Shown here: positions 37,501 to 49,500 of the stretch, piece by piece
How the letters are laid out: every line of letters starts with the position of its first letter
Position numbering within the stretch: position 1 is the stretch's first letter
Source of the DNA: Centroscyllium fabricii
Lineage: Eukaryota
DNA length: 64,000 nt
Assembly: GCA_051313645.2 (NCBI GenBank)
Contig: JBNRSN020000010.1
Coordinates: forward strand, 96,472,001 to 96,536,000
Direction: 5' to 3'
The notes under the pieces: generated by a model
Database searches by the model: none
Told to the model about the DNA's origin: nothing
The model's input: only the letters and a program-made list of their open reading frames with translations
Made by a program: the position numbers and the translations under genes

Positions 37501-40500
37501 CATCGCGTCACCCGGATGAGCGGAGCTTTGCTCCGCGGAGTCCCCGTGGCGGATTCGATGCCCCAGTGGGCGTGTCGCCACAATATGAAGGTTTAATGAA
37601 CATTTGTGATTTTAATTTTTAAGTCCTTGAGTGATGTTTGCAAGCTCTTCCTTAATGTCTTTGCTTGTTATGTTTGGTATCGGCACAGCACAATATTTTC
37701 TGAGAAACTAGCAGGGCATCGGTACTGAGGAAGCCCTGTACTGTCATAGGGGGAAAAATTTGGTTGCTTGCACCAGCCGTTAGCGCCCTAAGATGGCTGC
37801 TAATGGGGCGCAAGGCACCTAGTGTCTGGGCTGGCGCCTCCTGCGATATTCAGCGGGGGGCTAGCGGCGGTGACAACCAGTAGCAGCGCCCCGGCCGTGA
37901 ACTTCAGTCGCCCCTGCTCACTTACCACCGGGCGCTGTCACCGACAGGGTCACGGGGGCGTACTTGCAGCAGGGACAGCGATATTTAAAGGGAGGGGTGC
38001 CGGGTGGCCATTTTTCTTGCTGGCTGATTGCCAGCACCTGCCCCCTCTGTCGTCCCCGGCCTTCCCCGATGGCCCCCCCCCTCCCCCCGGCGGAGTGCTG
38101 GCTGTACTCAGTGAGCCCGGCATTTCCCTCGAGTGCCGGGCTCCTTTGGTGGCATTGCGATCCCCGGCGGTCCAACAGGGCTCCGGGCCGAGCCGCGCTA
38201 GGCCACTCCCCTTTAAGAAGGGGAGGAAGGCCTGCAGTACCGCGGCGTGGCGTGTTGCAGAGCGTGGCGCTGTAACCCGTAGCGCCCAAAGAACAAGGTG
38301 GGGCGCCTGCAGTAGCGCCCCACCTCCTACTTGGGGTGCTAAAACCCAATTTCAGAAGGAACAGCGCTAATTTTTTCAGGGCGCTAAAAGTAGCGCCCCG
38401 CCGAGGTTAGCGCCCCAAATAGGGCGCAACCCAATTTTTCCCCCATAGAGTCATTGTTATACAGCACAGAAAGAGGCCCTTCTGCCCATCGTGTCCACGC
38501 TGGCCATCAAGCCCTGTCTACTCTAATCCCATTTTCCAGCTCTTGGTCCGTAGCCTTGTATGTTATGGCATTTCAAGTGCTCCTCTAAATGCTTCTTGAA
38601 TGTTGTCCCATTTTCCAGCACTTGGTCCGTAGCCTTGTATGTTGTGGCGTTTCAAGTGCTCGTCTAAATGCTTCTTGAATGTTGTGAGGGTTCCTGCCTC
38701 TACCACCCTTTTTCAGGAAGTGAGTTCCAGATTCCAACCACCCTCTGGGTGAAAAAGTTCTTCCTCAAATCCCCTCTAAACCTCCTGCCCCTTAGCTTGA
38801 AGCTATGCCCCCTGACCCTAGAAACTATAAACAACAGAATTGAAGTTTTGTAAAAAAGGAAGAAAGGGAGAAGTACTCACCAACCAATCACTTACCTGCT
38901 TTCTAGTGACGTCACACTTTGATTACTTTTTACCTCTCTCTCCTGCTGTTGAATTGGTGCCTCACTCCTCGCTGCTTTTGTAGCCTCCGCTGCTTCCTCA
39001 CCGCTCAAACCACACCCAGGTCCGCTCCGCACTGCTGCTGTGGTCTGGGCCTCGCTCCATACCGCTTTTGTAGCCTCCGCTGCTGCTCAAGCCACACCCA
39101 GGTCCGCTCCGCGTTGCCGCTGCTCCTGTTCCACACCAGCTGCAGTATAACTGCACCTGGTACAAAGTTTAAAATGTAAGCTGGTGACCTGTGACACTAG
39201 CTTAAAATTGCTACTGTTAAAAAAGAGGTGATCATTTTGCCAGCAATCAGTGGCTTGGTGTAATGTCATTGTGGTATTTGATATGATGTATGTTGAAAAA
39301 TGACATTTATATTTTTTAAATAAAATAAAATCAGATCCTCCTGAAAAACACATTTACCAACAAAAATAACTTATGTTACTCTTATTAGAATTCCATAAGA
39401 AACAGTGGTAACTAGTTTAATTACTAGGATCCAGGTTTATTTTAAATTGTACTTGTCCTATTTCTTTGAACACTTTTTTTTACGACCCTTTTAGGTTTCC
39501 CATGCCATACATCATTCTCCAGCCAAGCTGGGAAAACGGCAAACTACTCCTGGGCCTATGTAATGTGCTTGAGCTGGGCACTAGACCAGGGAGTGTGCAA
39601 GTGCTCACCATCCTTAATAGTTGTTTTTCCCTTTCCTAACCTTCATTTGAAGACTCCCTCTGACAATAAAGTAGAGACTAAGAACTTGACCTGTAGGGAA
39701 AGGGCAGATGCAAAATTGCATCCTGCTGCCCTTTGGCACAGTGTTATGAAGTGCCAGTGTTATCCACCCAAACTTCAAATATAATCCCGTGAGATTTTTT
39801 TTAAATACCTGATTTAGTATTCTGAATAAAAGCTCTGTTACTCCTACATGGAAGTCGAATTGTTTGGCATTGTTGGAGTATAAGAGAAGTCTTCCCTCCT
39901 CTCAAGCAGACCTCCTGAGATAACAACCCCTTATCTTGGATAAGTTTCATGATCTTTATTCATGCATATGCATGGGGAAAATCTCAGTCTCATCCCAGAG
40001 AAAGGATTCTTCCACCGAGTATCAAATACATACAGCAATTATACCCTAACTTGAGGCGTGCACCCTCCTTCTATGCTCATTGATTGGCCTACAGAATCAT
40101 GCTTTGAGAATCTGTATGTCCTGCCTTATCTTAAGCAAGGCCACAAGACCAGCTTATTAGTTTTACAGTTCCTGACTTATCAGGACCCTACATATCTGAA
40201 CAAGGATAGGAGACAAACTTATCAGCTTTCTAGTGTCCACTAATTTTAATTCTAAGAAGTTATAGTTACTTCTGACTTTTAATTCTAAGTTATTTTTGTC
40301 CCCTACAGCATACTACACAGAGCATGAACCTACTGAATTGTAATTAGTATGCTATCTTAGAAAGCAAAATACCATAACATTTTTCTTCTGATATGCTACA
40401 CTTTTGAACAAACTTTAGTCATCTTCAATGCAGTTGATTTGATAGTAACATTTCTAGTTTTTCTTTTTAACATAAAAAATGGGATTATCTGCTTGTTTGA

Positions 40501-43500
40501 AATCTGAATGGTTTTTTTCAAATTACTAACTGTTTTAAAAGACAATTACTTTGTCTTTATTTTTCTGAAAATAATTCTGCTAAACCTGAGAGCTGTTTAA
40601 CTGAAAGTACCAATACAAAAATGTTCCACTGAGTGTGCATTTTTCAATATGTATGTATTTTCCAAAAAAGTACAATTATTTTGTTGCCTTCAAATTTTAC
40701 ATGCTTACTAATAATTCTGTGCATATTTGATTAGGCCCCCTCTATTTGTTTTCATAGGAACTTGTAATTAAGAGTATTTTAAAGTCAGCAAGGGAAGAAC
40801 CTTCTGGGCCAGCTAGGTAAGTATTTCCAATAATGATAACTGGTAACGCAAATCTTGCTATCAATATGATGCCTATTTTTGTGCTGATGAGGAATAGAAC
40901 ACGTTCTTATTTCAGATATTCGGGGATAGCATCCTAGACTCCCTGGTCAATTACAGCACAGCCAGCAGCCGAATAAAGTTCCTTCCACTCAACCCAACCA
41001 CAATAAAGTACTCAATGCACCACTGTGGCATGTCTATTTCCTAGTAATTCTGTGGCCTCTTAGTCCATTTGCCATGTTTGTTTTGAGCCTGTACATAGTA
41101 AGAACTGGGTTAAGTTTGGCCTAATTTTTTTAATGTAGGATCCTTTAGGCCAATAGGGAGATCGGGTTAGTCTGGCTGGAGTCAAACCAAAATCCCAGAA
41201 GTAAAAGGACTGTGTACCAACCACTGCCATCCAGTTCTGCGCTTCTCCCATAATATCTTTAATATTAGTGCAGTAGTGTGTCTCATTCTCTGGTTACTGA
41301 TTTTAATATATTAGATAATAATTAGTGTGTGCAGTTTCTGGCAGATATAACAGGATGGTTAATTTACTTCATTTTTGATTTGAAATAATCTGAACATGCG
41401 ATAAAGATTAAAATAACTATTTTCTGAATGGTACATTATTGGCTTTCAGATATTTTCATAACTTTGATCTATTTTATATAATTTTTATTTACATAAGAAC
41501 ATAAGAAATAGGAGCAGGAGTAGGCCAATCGGCCCCTCGAGCCTGCTCCGCCATTGAACAAGATCATGGCTGATCTGATCCTAACCTCAAATCTACTTTC
41601 ACTCTCCATCCCGTCCGAACCCATGATAAATTCAAATTTTATTTGTCATATGTACTACAATGCAACGAGTGCAATCTAGACAGTGAAATGCTTTCTTTAC
41701 GGTCCGAGCGCACTGCGCAACAAAGAACACTAAGCTGCCCAGCACTCCCGGTGCCCGTAAGACGGCAACCACTTCACCGGCGCCATCATCATAGGTCCCG
41801 TTCTCGCACCGCTCCGGCCTCTCCTGCTCTTAGTCCAATGTTCTTCAAAGAACTGCAGCCCATCCGCCCGTCAGTCGCGAACACGATGATGCCACCGCTG
41901 AAGTCAAAGCCGCCAGTTCCAACCACAGAGCTTGGCTTACACAAAGCAAACTGCCTCCCCACTCCACAGTCCCAAAGTCCACATGAGCTATCTGCAGAAC
42001 CGGTCAACACCTGCCCCATGTCCCAGTCAACGTCCACACACCATACAGCTCCGGCGCGTCCATTGCAAGTGCCGAGCCTCTCGCCGTCCAGGGAACACCA
42101 GACACCAGCACAGGAGAACACCAAATCACCCCCCTGGCTGCATTCAACCTGTGCGACCGATCATCCACGACCCCGCAACAAGATGGGCCTCATGGCGGCT
42201 GCTGGTGTTGATTGCCCGGCCGGCGGCCTCTCACTCACGTCTCGGCACCCCACAGATCCACTGCATTCCTGGGAAATGGACATTCGCTGGTGGAAAGTTG
42301 GGTTGTTTCCCAACTACTGCCCAGCGAAAGCCCATGAAACTCTTATGCCTGGTAAAAGCAGGCGTAGGTCCTTTTATCAGCGTAAGAGTTTAAATATATA
42401 TTTAAAAAATGTTTAATTATTTACTCCCAAAACTGTAAAAATTAGTTATAGGTTGTTTTTAGCCCCTTTAAAATGGTTAAATTTATTTTTCAAAAATATT
42501 TTTTGTTTTAAATGTTTAATTTAATTGTATTTTAATTAATTTTGAACATGTAATTTACTTTTATTTAACTGGTGTGTAATTGTGTTTTTTAGAGGATTCC
42601 TATTCATGCTTATGGGGCTTCCATACGAAAATGGAATCCCCATAGGCATAATGGGATCCCCCTTTTTGATTGGTTGACCTGACCCACGTGATCCATGGGG
42701 CACTTGTGACCCGCATGCGCCCCTGGGATATTTGGGCCTTTGCGCATGTGTACGTGTAGAGGCCCAGGAGCTCGCGTCTATGAGCCTCCTGGACCATCAG
42801 GTAAGTTCATATTTTTCTTGTGGTTCGGAAGCCTCCAACTGCATATTCAGGCCCCTGATGTGAATTACTATCTCTTTTGCAGATGTGTTGCACTTTGCAG
42901 CCTTGGCATTTGGCTTTGTGAAGAATTGGTACATGGTACTCACCATCCTCAAATCAAAGATGCTCTAAATGTAATCTGTGTAACCTTAAAGGTAAGACAT
43001 TTTTTCTATAGTGATTTTTGTTACAGTTCAGCTTTTGAAAATGCCATATCAAAATTTTAAAGAATAAAATAAAACTTGTTAAAATGTATTTGCAGTTCCC
43101 AAACAAAGCAGTTGCGCAAGTGGCTTGTGATATTTTGCATTTATTGATCAATTATGTGGACAAGCTTCAAAATTATCCACCAGATTCTCCAAAAAAAATT
43201 CTTGAGGTAAGATGCATTTATTTATTCTATTGATTGGATATTAGCCTGTGAAAGTATTCTCAGCCAGTTAAGTTTATTGGCTATGCATGCTTGCATTGAG
43301 TAAATGGCTGGTTAGCTTACCAGGGATGATCATTTGCATTTATACAGCACATTTAACATAGAAAAATATCCCATAGCACTTCACAGGAGAAAAATATCCC
43401 ACAGCACTTAACAGGAGAGTAAACAGGCAAAAATTGACACCGAGTCAAAAAAGGAGATATTAGAAACTGTAACTAATAGCTTCATCAAAGAGGTAGATTT

Positions 43501-46500
43501 TAAGAGGGTCTCAAAGGAGGAGAAAGGGGTGATCGGGTGGCGAGGTTTAGGGAGGTAACGCAGAGCTTCGGGCCGAGATTCCTGAAGGCAAGGCTGCCGA
43601 TGGTGGGATGAAGGGAGTGGGTGAGAGATGTGCAAGAGGCCAGAGTTGGAGGAATGCCGAGTTCTTGGATGTTGCTAATAAGTTGGTTATAAGAAAAAAA
43701 TAGTTTTGAAAGATTTAAACAATTTTGGTTTCCTTGTAATAAATACAGCAAAAGCTGCTAAAAATGGTGGGCTAAGCAAATTTAATGAACATTAGTAGGT
43801 ATTGTGGCTTTCTGGAGGCATTTGTTTTTCACAAGACTTTTAAAGTGCAAACGCTGGTTTGAAGATGGTAAATTGGATGCTCACTTGGCAACATGGATCA
43901 GTGGTATAAATTGGCCCTCAAGCTTCTTACAGTTCATAATATTTAATCAAAAATGTTGCATCTGCTATGCGTGTGCCACATATTCATAGGACATTAGTAT
44001 TAAAAAATAAGATTGCTAACATAATAGATCAACAAATCACTAAATTTACCCACATAATTACTTATGCCATCTTAAAAATGCCTCCCATAATTTTCACTGG
44101 GGAGGCCTGCACCTCTTTTTAAATGTCTTGGATTTGCTTTTTCTTTGTTACTGAAGCTTGGATATTTTATATGGGACTTCCTGGATCAGCTCGGGATGTT
44201 CCTTAATCATTGCTTTCATATTCCATGCATCTGTGACTTCTGTTTTCTTATTTCCACTCATGCATGCCCCTCGATCGATTTTGTGATATTTGTACATGCA
44301 CATCACCTGACTTCTGTCGTGTTTTTCTTTTTTTTATGTCAAACTTAAGTGGTGGCTGCCACTTAACCCCCCCCCCACCGAGTGCAAATGTTGCCTAGCT
44401 CTTGGCTACTGATGGTGCTTTCATCACCCAGCTGCTCCTTATGAGATCTGCTGTTTACAAATAAACCTTTTTTTTTGACAAATAGGATTACATGCAGAAG
44501 ATAAGTTCTGCAGTTCTACCTTTTCCTTCCTTTTTTACAACTTGCTTTTTCCTGTTTCTCTTATTTTCATTTTTCTGTTTATATGTCCTTCCAGTGTTCT
44601 AGTTTGCTCTCGTCTTTCTTCTGTAGTATGTAAGAAATGTAAACGGGCTCGGGCAAAACAAATTGCGAAACAAATGATTAAAACAGTTAGTGCTTACCCT
44701 GCTCCTCCTCCACGCGTTTCGGACGACTTTGGTCGTTTGCTGGAGAGATCAAGCGTATGAATGATGAGGTGGTAGTATAATGAATCGGGGAACACTTTAA
44801 TTAAACACTCATCTGATGTATACCCGGTGCCTCGACGGGTGGCCACCGCGACAGGACTCACACCGAGCCTTATGCAACAGATGGGTGACTTCCTTGGAGC
44901 AGGCAGAGGTCCAAAAAAGGGGGCGGGTGATTAATGAAGTAGGTTTAGTAACGGGAAGAAGCCTCAATCATTTGTGCTAGTAGTTTCCCAGTACTAGCTA
45001 TTTGTAGATATGCACACTGTCCAACCCACCTTAAGATTTCCTTTCGGGGGGTTGGAAGGGGGGGACTGTTGGGTCGCGAAAATAGGCCTGTGAACTAATG
45101 GCCTGACTCCTTCAGTCTTTAAATACACTAACCCAAGCCGTAGGGCTGTAATATTAGAAATCATGTTTAAAAGCTGATTCGTTTCCTTTGTAGCAGTATG
45201 GATATATTAAAAGTGCCCAGATAGTAGTACAGGTCGCCGGGATACTTGACTTAAATTAACACTTAGTCACCCAGTTTTGTGGAAACAACAATTCACCAGA
45301 CTCGGTCTCCTTCCTGCAGATTCCAAAACATTTCGGGATGTGATGTTACTGCAGCTGGGTTTCTGAGAGGATAAGGGGAATGGAACTTCACAGGGAGTCG
45401 GCTATTACTGCCCTTGTTTCGAACACCTTATCTCTCTTGGAATGTTCGCTCGACACTCGAAGCAGATATTGTTTATCACAATAAGCTTTTCTCGAGAATG
45501 AATGCAGTGTTGTTTAGGTAAAAAGCAGAAGAAGGAGAGATATGCCTGGTGCGGCCTTGCTCCCAGAGATACATTGAAGCCTGACACGGCTTTGCCCAAG
45601 GGCCCCCACCTCCATCTAATTTTGTTTGTTGTGTTTAATGTCACCTAACACCTCAGGGCGGCTCCTAATATTGAGTAACTAGACACACTAATCAATAAGG
45701 GAGTAATGGTAGTGACGTTGTTCGTACAGGTACGCCCACTTTTGTAACCCATGGGCGGTATCTATTGAAAGGTATATCAATGCTTGCAGGATGTATTTGC
45801 GTTGAGAGGATAGGTCCAAGTCTGAAGAGGCTGACCTCTCTCTCCTTTGTGCACAGGTCTTTCTGGATATTTCTAATAAAACTTTTACTTTATATTCAAT
45901 TCCATCTCCGTCTAGAGTTTCTCCTAAATTCGAATCTAACACTATGATCTTTAATAGATTATTCAATGTTTGTGTGTCACTAATTTCCCTCAGTTTACCA
46001 AACTAACTGTGACTTATTAGAAAATGTTGAGGGCCTTTGCGTGCCTGTCAATCTATAACATCCATCACACAGAATAGATGGAGGGGAGTAGGGTGATTTA
46101 TTTCTCCCTCTCCTGCCAAGAGAGTCTCTGGTTTCCACGAGAGACCAGTTGTAGTTTCTTTGTGACTGCAGACTATTTTTATTCCCCGGGAGCTTCTCTG
46201 TCCATCAGCCCAGATCCCACCTGCTGCTAAGAAACCGCACCATTGAGGCTGAAGCAGGTGTTCAGATCACATTAAGAAAACCTTGCTTTCCTTTTGGCAG
46301 CCTGAGATTTAACAAGGGGACCCACCAGCCATGCAAGATTGACACACTAGTGGAGATATCCCCAGCTACCCTGCGGTTAACAATTCACAGATCACGTAGT
46401 TGTAATTTAACTTTTCAATTTATAATTCATTTTTTAGTGATCTCCTTTAGAGATTGTCTCTGGTTGCACAACAGTTTCTTCATCTTATTTTGTGTCTGTT

Positions 46501-49500
46501 GGAATTGTAATAAAGTGATTAGATTTTCTCGGCATTTGTTTTGGATAAAGTAATGTCTAATTGCTGAAAGAATGGGGAAACCAGGAATTGAAGATATCAG
46601 TAAACATTTAAAAGATGTATTTGAAAACAGCAGAAAAGTATAACCCTTTTATTCATCATCGACCTTTAAAAGACAAATTTAGTTTGATCCCTTCTGTGAT
46701 GAAGAATGTAGCAAGTAACATGCATTTTTAAATAGCAATTATTTGTATGCCTTCTTGGGTTGCATCCTTCTATCAACAACTTGACAGCCCAGGTAAATTC
46801 TTTTATTTGCTAACTGCCTAAATTAAATGTAGTTGCTGGGACGGCAAGCCTATCAAAATACCTTCGATTTATTTGATATCATTAAAAGTATTTAATTTGA
46901 ATATTGATCTTTTAATGATTTGGCTGAATGTTGCTCTATCATACATTAAAAATCATGGGGGTGAAATTCATCTTGGGGTGGATAGCGAATAGGCAGCCTG
47001 TTTTATACTCGGCCTGATGCTGATTCCCTATCGGCCATTTTGTGCAAGGCCCAATATTAACGCCCCCCACCCCCCCAGTGAGTGGTCTCAACATTCCAAC
47101 GGTATTGCACCCTGTATATGGCGTTGTGCATAATATTATGTGACCAAACGTAATGCAACTGGGCCACTAACATGAGAAATTAGAAACTCACCTTTTCAGC
47201 ATTATAGGGAAAAAAGGAAGACCTGTTTTAAAAAAATAAAAAAAATAATAAAAAAATTAAATCAGGAATATATGCAAAGTGTTAGAGTTGTAAACAAAAT
47301 CATGAAGGTAATTTCATGAACTGAAGAGTCTGCAAGGTGCCATGGCGATACATTGGCATAGAAAAACAAAGTCATACATCTACAATAAAGCGGCAGAATA
47401 AAGTAGCACACTGCAAAAATTAAAATCCTGTAATACCACAATATCACCTGATGTAAAACAAAGTAATGCAACCAAGCAAACACCAAAGGGCAACACAAAA
47501 AAAGTGCAACTGAATGTCCAGTGACAAAGTTGTGAAGGTTGAAGCGAAAATGAAATGAAGCATCAACAAAGAAGCTTTAAACACTGCTTTTGATGAGCAT
47601 ACAGTTTGGTGGGCCAAACATTTCCCCAGTATGAGGATGACATTGAAAACCGACCCCGCCATCCCCCTTTTCCCCAGAAATAGCCTGCAGAAACCACCCC
47701 CTCCCAGAGAGGCACAAATCAGTGGTGCCACCCCCTGGCCAATGTTACGGGACTGCACGGGCCATTCAAAATTCCACGCATGCGTGGTTTTTGTATTCAA
47801 AAGCCGGCACATCGGTTGCGGGGACCTGCGGAGAGCCACACGGCCACACAGCTAATAGGGAACATTGTCCCTGGCCCCCTCTCCCATTGCCCCCATGATT
47901 CATAAATAAGGAGCTGTAAACGCCTTCACTTTGTCTGAGGCACAAATCGATGGCCGGGATGTCCCGCCTGGCCCTCAAATTGAGGCTCCGATCACACCCA
48001 GACACTCACCGTCCCCGTTTGGGCAAATTCCCCTTGCCCCTACCCCCTCATCTCTCTCTCTTATTTTCCCCACTCTCTCCCCTTATCTCCATCTCTCCTT
48101 CCTTTGATCCTCTCCTGAAAACCGTCATTGGTCTCAACTCTCCATGTGCAATGTCACAGGAGATCAATTAGTAAATCTAAATATTACTAATGCATCTGGT
48201 CAGTTATATTGTTTCAGTAAATTTACTTTATTATAGCAAAGCGTGAATCACAGTTAACACCAGAAACCTTGTTGCGCATCTCTGACTACCATAAACAGTA
48301 AAATAATGCAAACTTATTTTTTTCTCTATCCTCTTTCCAAGAGGAAACCTAGTCTTGTGAAACATAATTAGATTCCTATGACTGTATTTTCTTGTTTTCT
48401 GGAAATGTGATTGTCCCTTTTGGATGGTCAGGAGAAACCTTCACTTGTGTTTTTCTTTCATCCAGATATTGATGGCAACAATAACGTACCTGCTGCCTGG
48501 GACAGAAGTATCGCCACATGAGCAAGATAAAAGGGTGAGAACAGGGCCAATTGGAGATGGGCAATGGAGGGGCGGTGTTTGCAAGTTTCAGCTTCTCTTA
48601 ACTTTCTTTGTTTTGTGACTTATACTTCACAGCTAGTAGTATCCTTATTGCTGTGCCTTTTGGACTGGTGCATGGTGCTGCCTTTAAAAACACTGCTACA
48701 GGTTGTCCAAGCTGCAGGACAAGATAAGGACAGTGCTGACAAATCTATTCTCAGTTGTATTTACAAGGTATACTTGAGTAAAATTTGCATTAAAAAATAC
48801 TTAGATTTATATTTAAGAATTTGGACTGATTTCTAGATTTTTTCATGTTGCATTGTAATACTATTTCCTCTTGAGATGATGTCTAGATAAATTTCTGTTT
48901 GTTTGAGAAGTCCCTTGCTTCAGACCCAGATCCATTTCCCCATATTCTATCTTATTTAAAGAGACTGTTCTTAATTTAGTTTAAAGCTGAGTTTCTATGT
49001 TACTTCCCCATTCACTATGTGCTTGGACAGTGATATCATAAGTTCTGTTTGATGGATTTGACTCATCATCTTACAAACATGGTCATCACTTGGGATCTGA
49101 ATTTCTTTTTGTAAAAGAGGAAAGTCATTACGTTTTAAAACAGATTTGGGAAATGTAATGACATCTTCGACCTCATGCACAGTAGTTCATTTTTCAGATT
49201 CTCTACACAGTTACTGATGATGTGTGTGAGAATACAATGAAAATTATCCTGTCTAATTAATTCACTTTCTAAACTCAGCTCATATCATTTCTATTTAAAA
49301 CAACTAATTTTTGTACTTCAAAATTAGTTTTGTGGAAAAAGGCTAGTGCAATCAACCTCTATCCACAAAGTAAGCAATTGTATGCTATTTGGTTTTCCTT
49401 TATTTGGAAGTTCTGTTTGGTTTATTTGTTCACTTTCAACAAAATAATATTTCCTCCTTAAAGTGGGTTTCAGATTTCACCTCAAATTAATTATTTTGCT

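Larger units (their letters stand above)
33181..37582 (-). mobile_element. Full-length Ty3/Gypsy LTR retrotransposon, CsRn1 clade
   Basis: TG...CA LTRs, 4-bp TSD atat, tRNA-Trp-type PBS TGGTGACCCCGA, PPT, gag with CHCC knuckle, PR-RT-RH-IN domain order. Confidence 0.95.

Noticed and set aside
37822-38370. 182-aa and 143-aa ORFs
   Set aside because: They lie wholly within a GC-rich MITE and have no transposase motifs.
41789-42193. A functional WD40 / EIF3I paralogue
   Set aside because: Stop at codon 11, an apparent 15-nt deletion, truncation after about 118 codons and loss of conserved residues; it is a pseudogene.
41855-42193. APOBEC editing or GC-biased gene conversion as the cause of divergence
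   Set aside because: APOBEC gives G>A/C>T, the opposite direction; biased conversion would give T>C as often as A>G on the sense strand, which is not seen.
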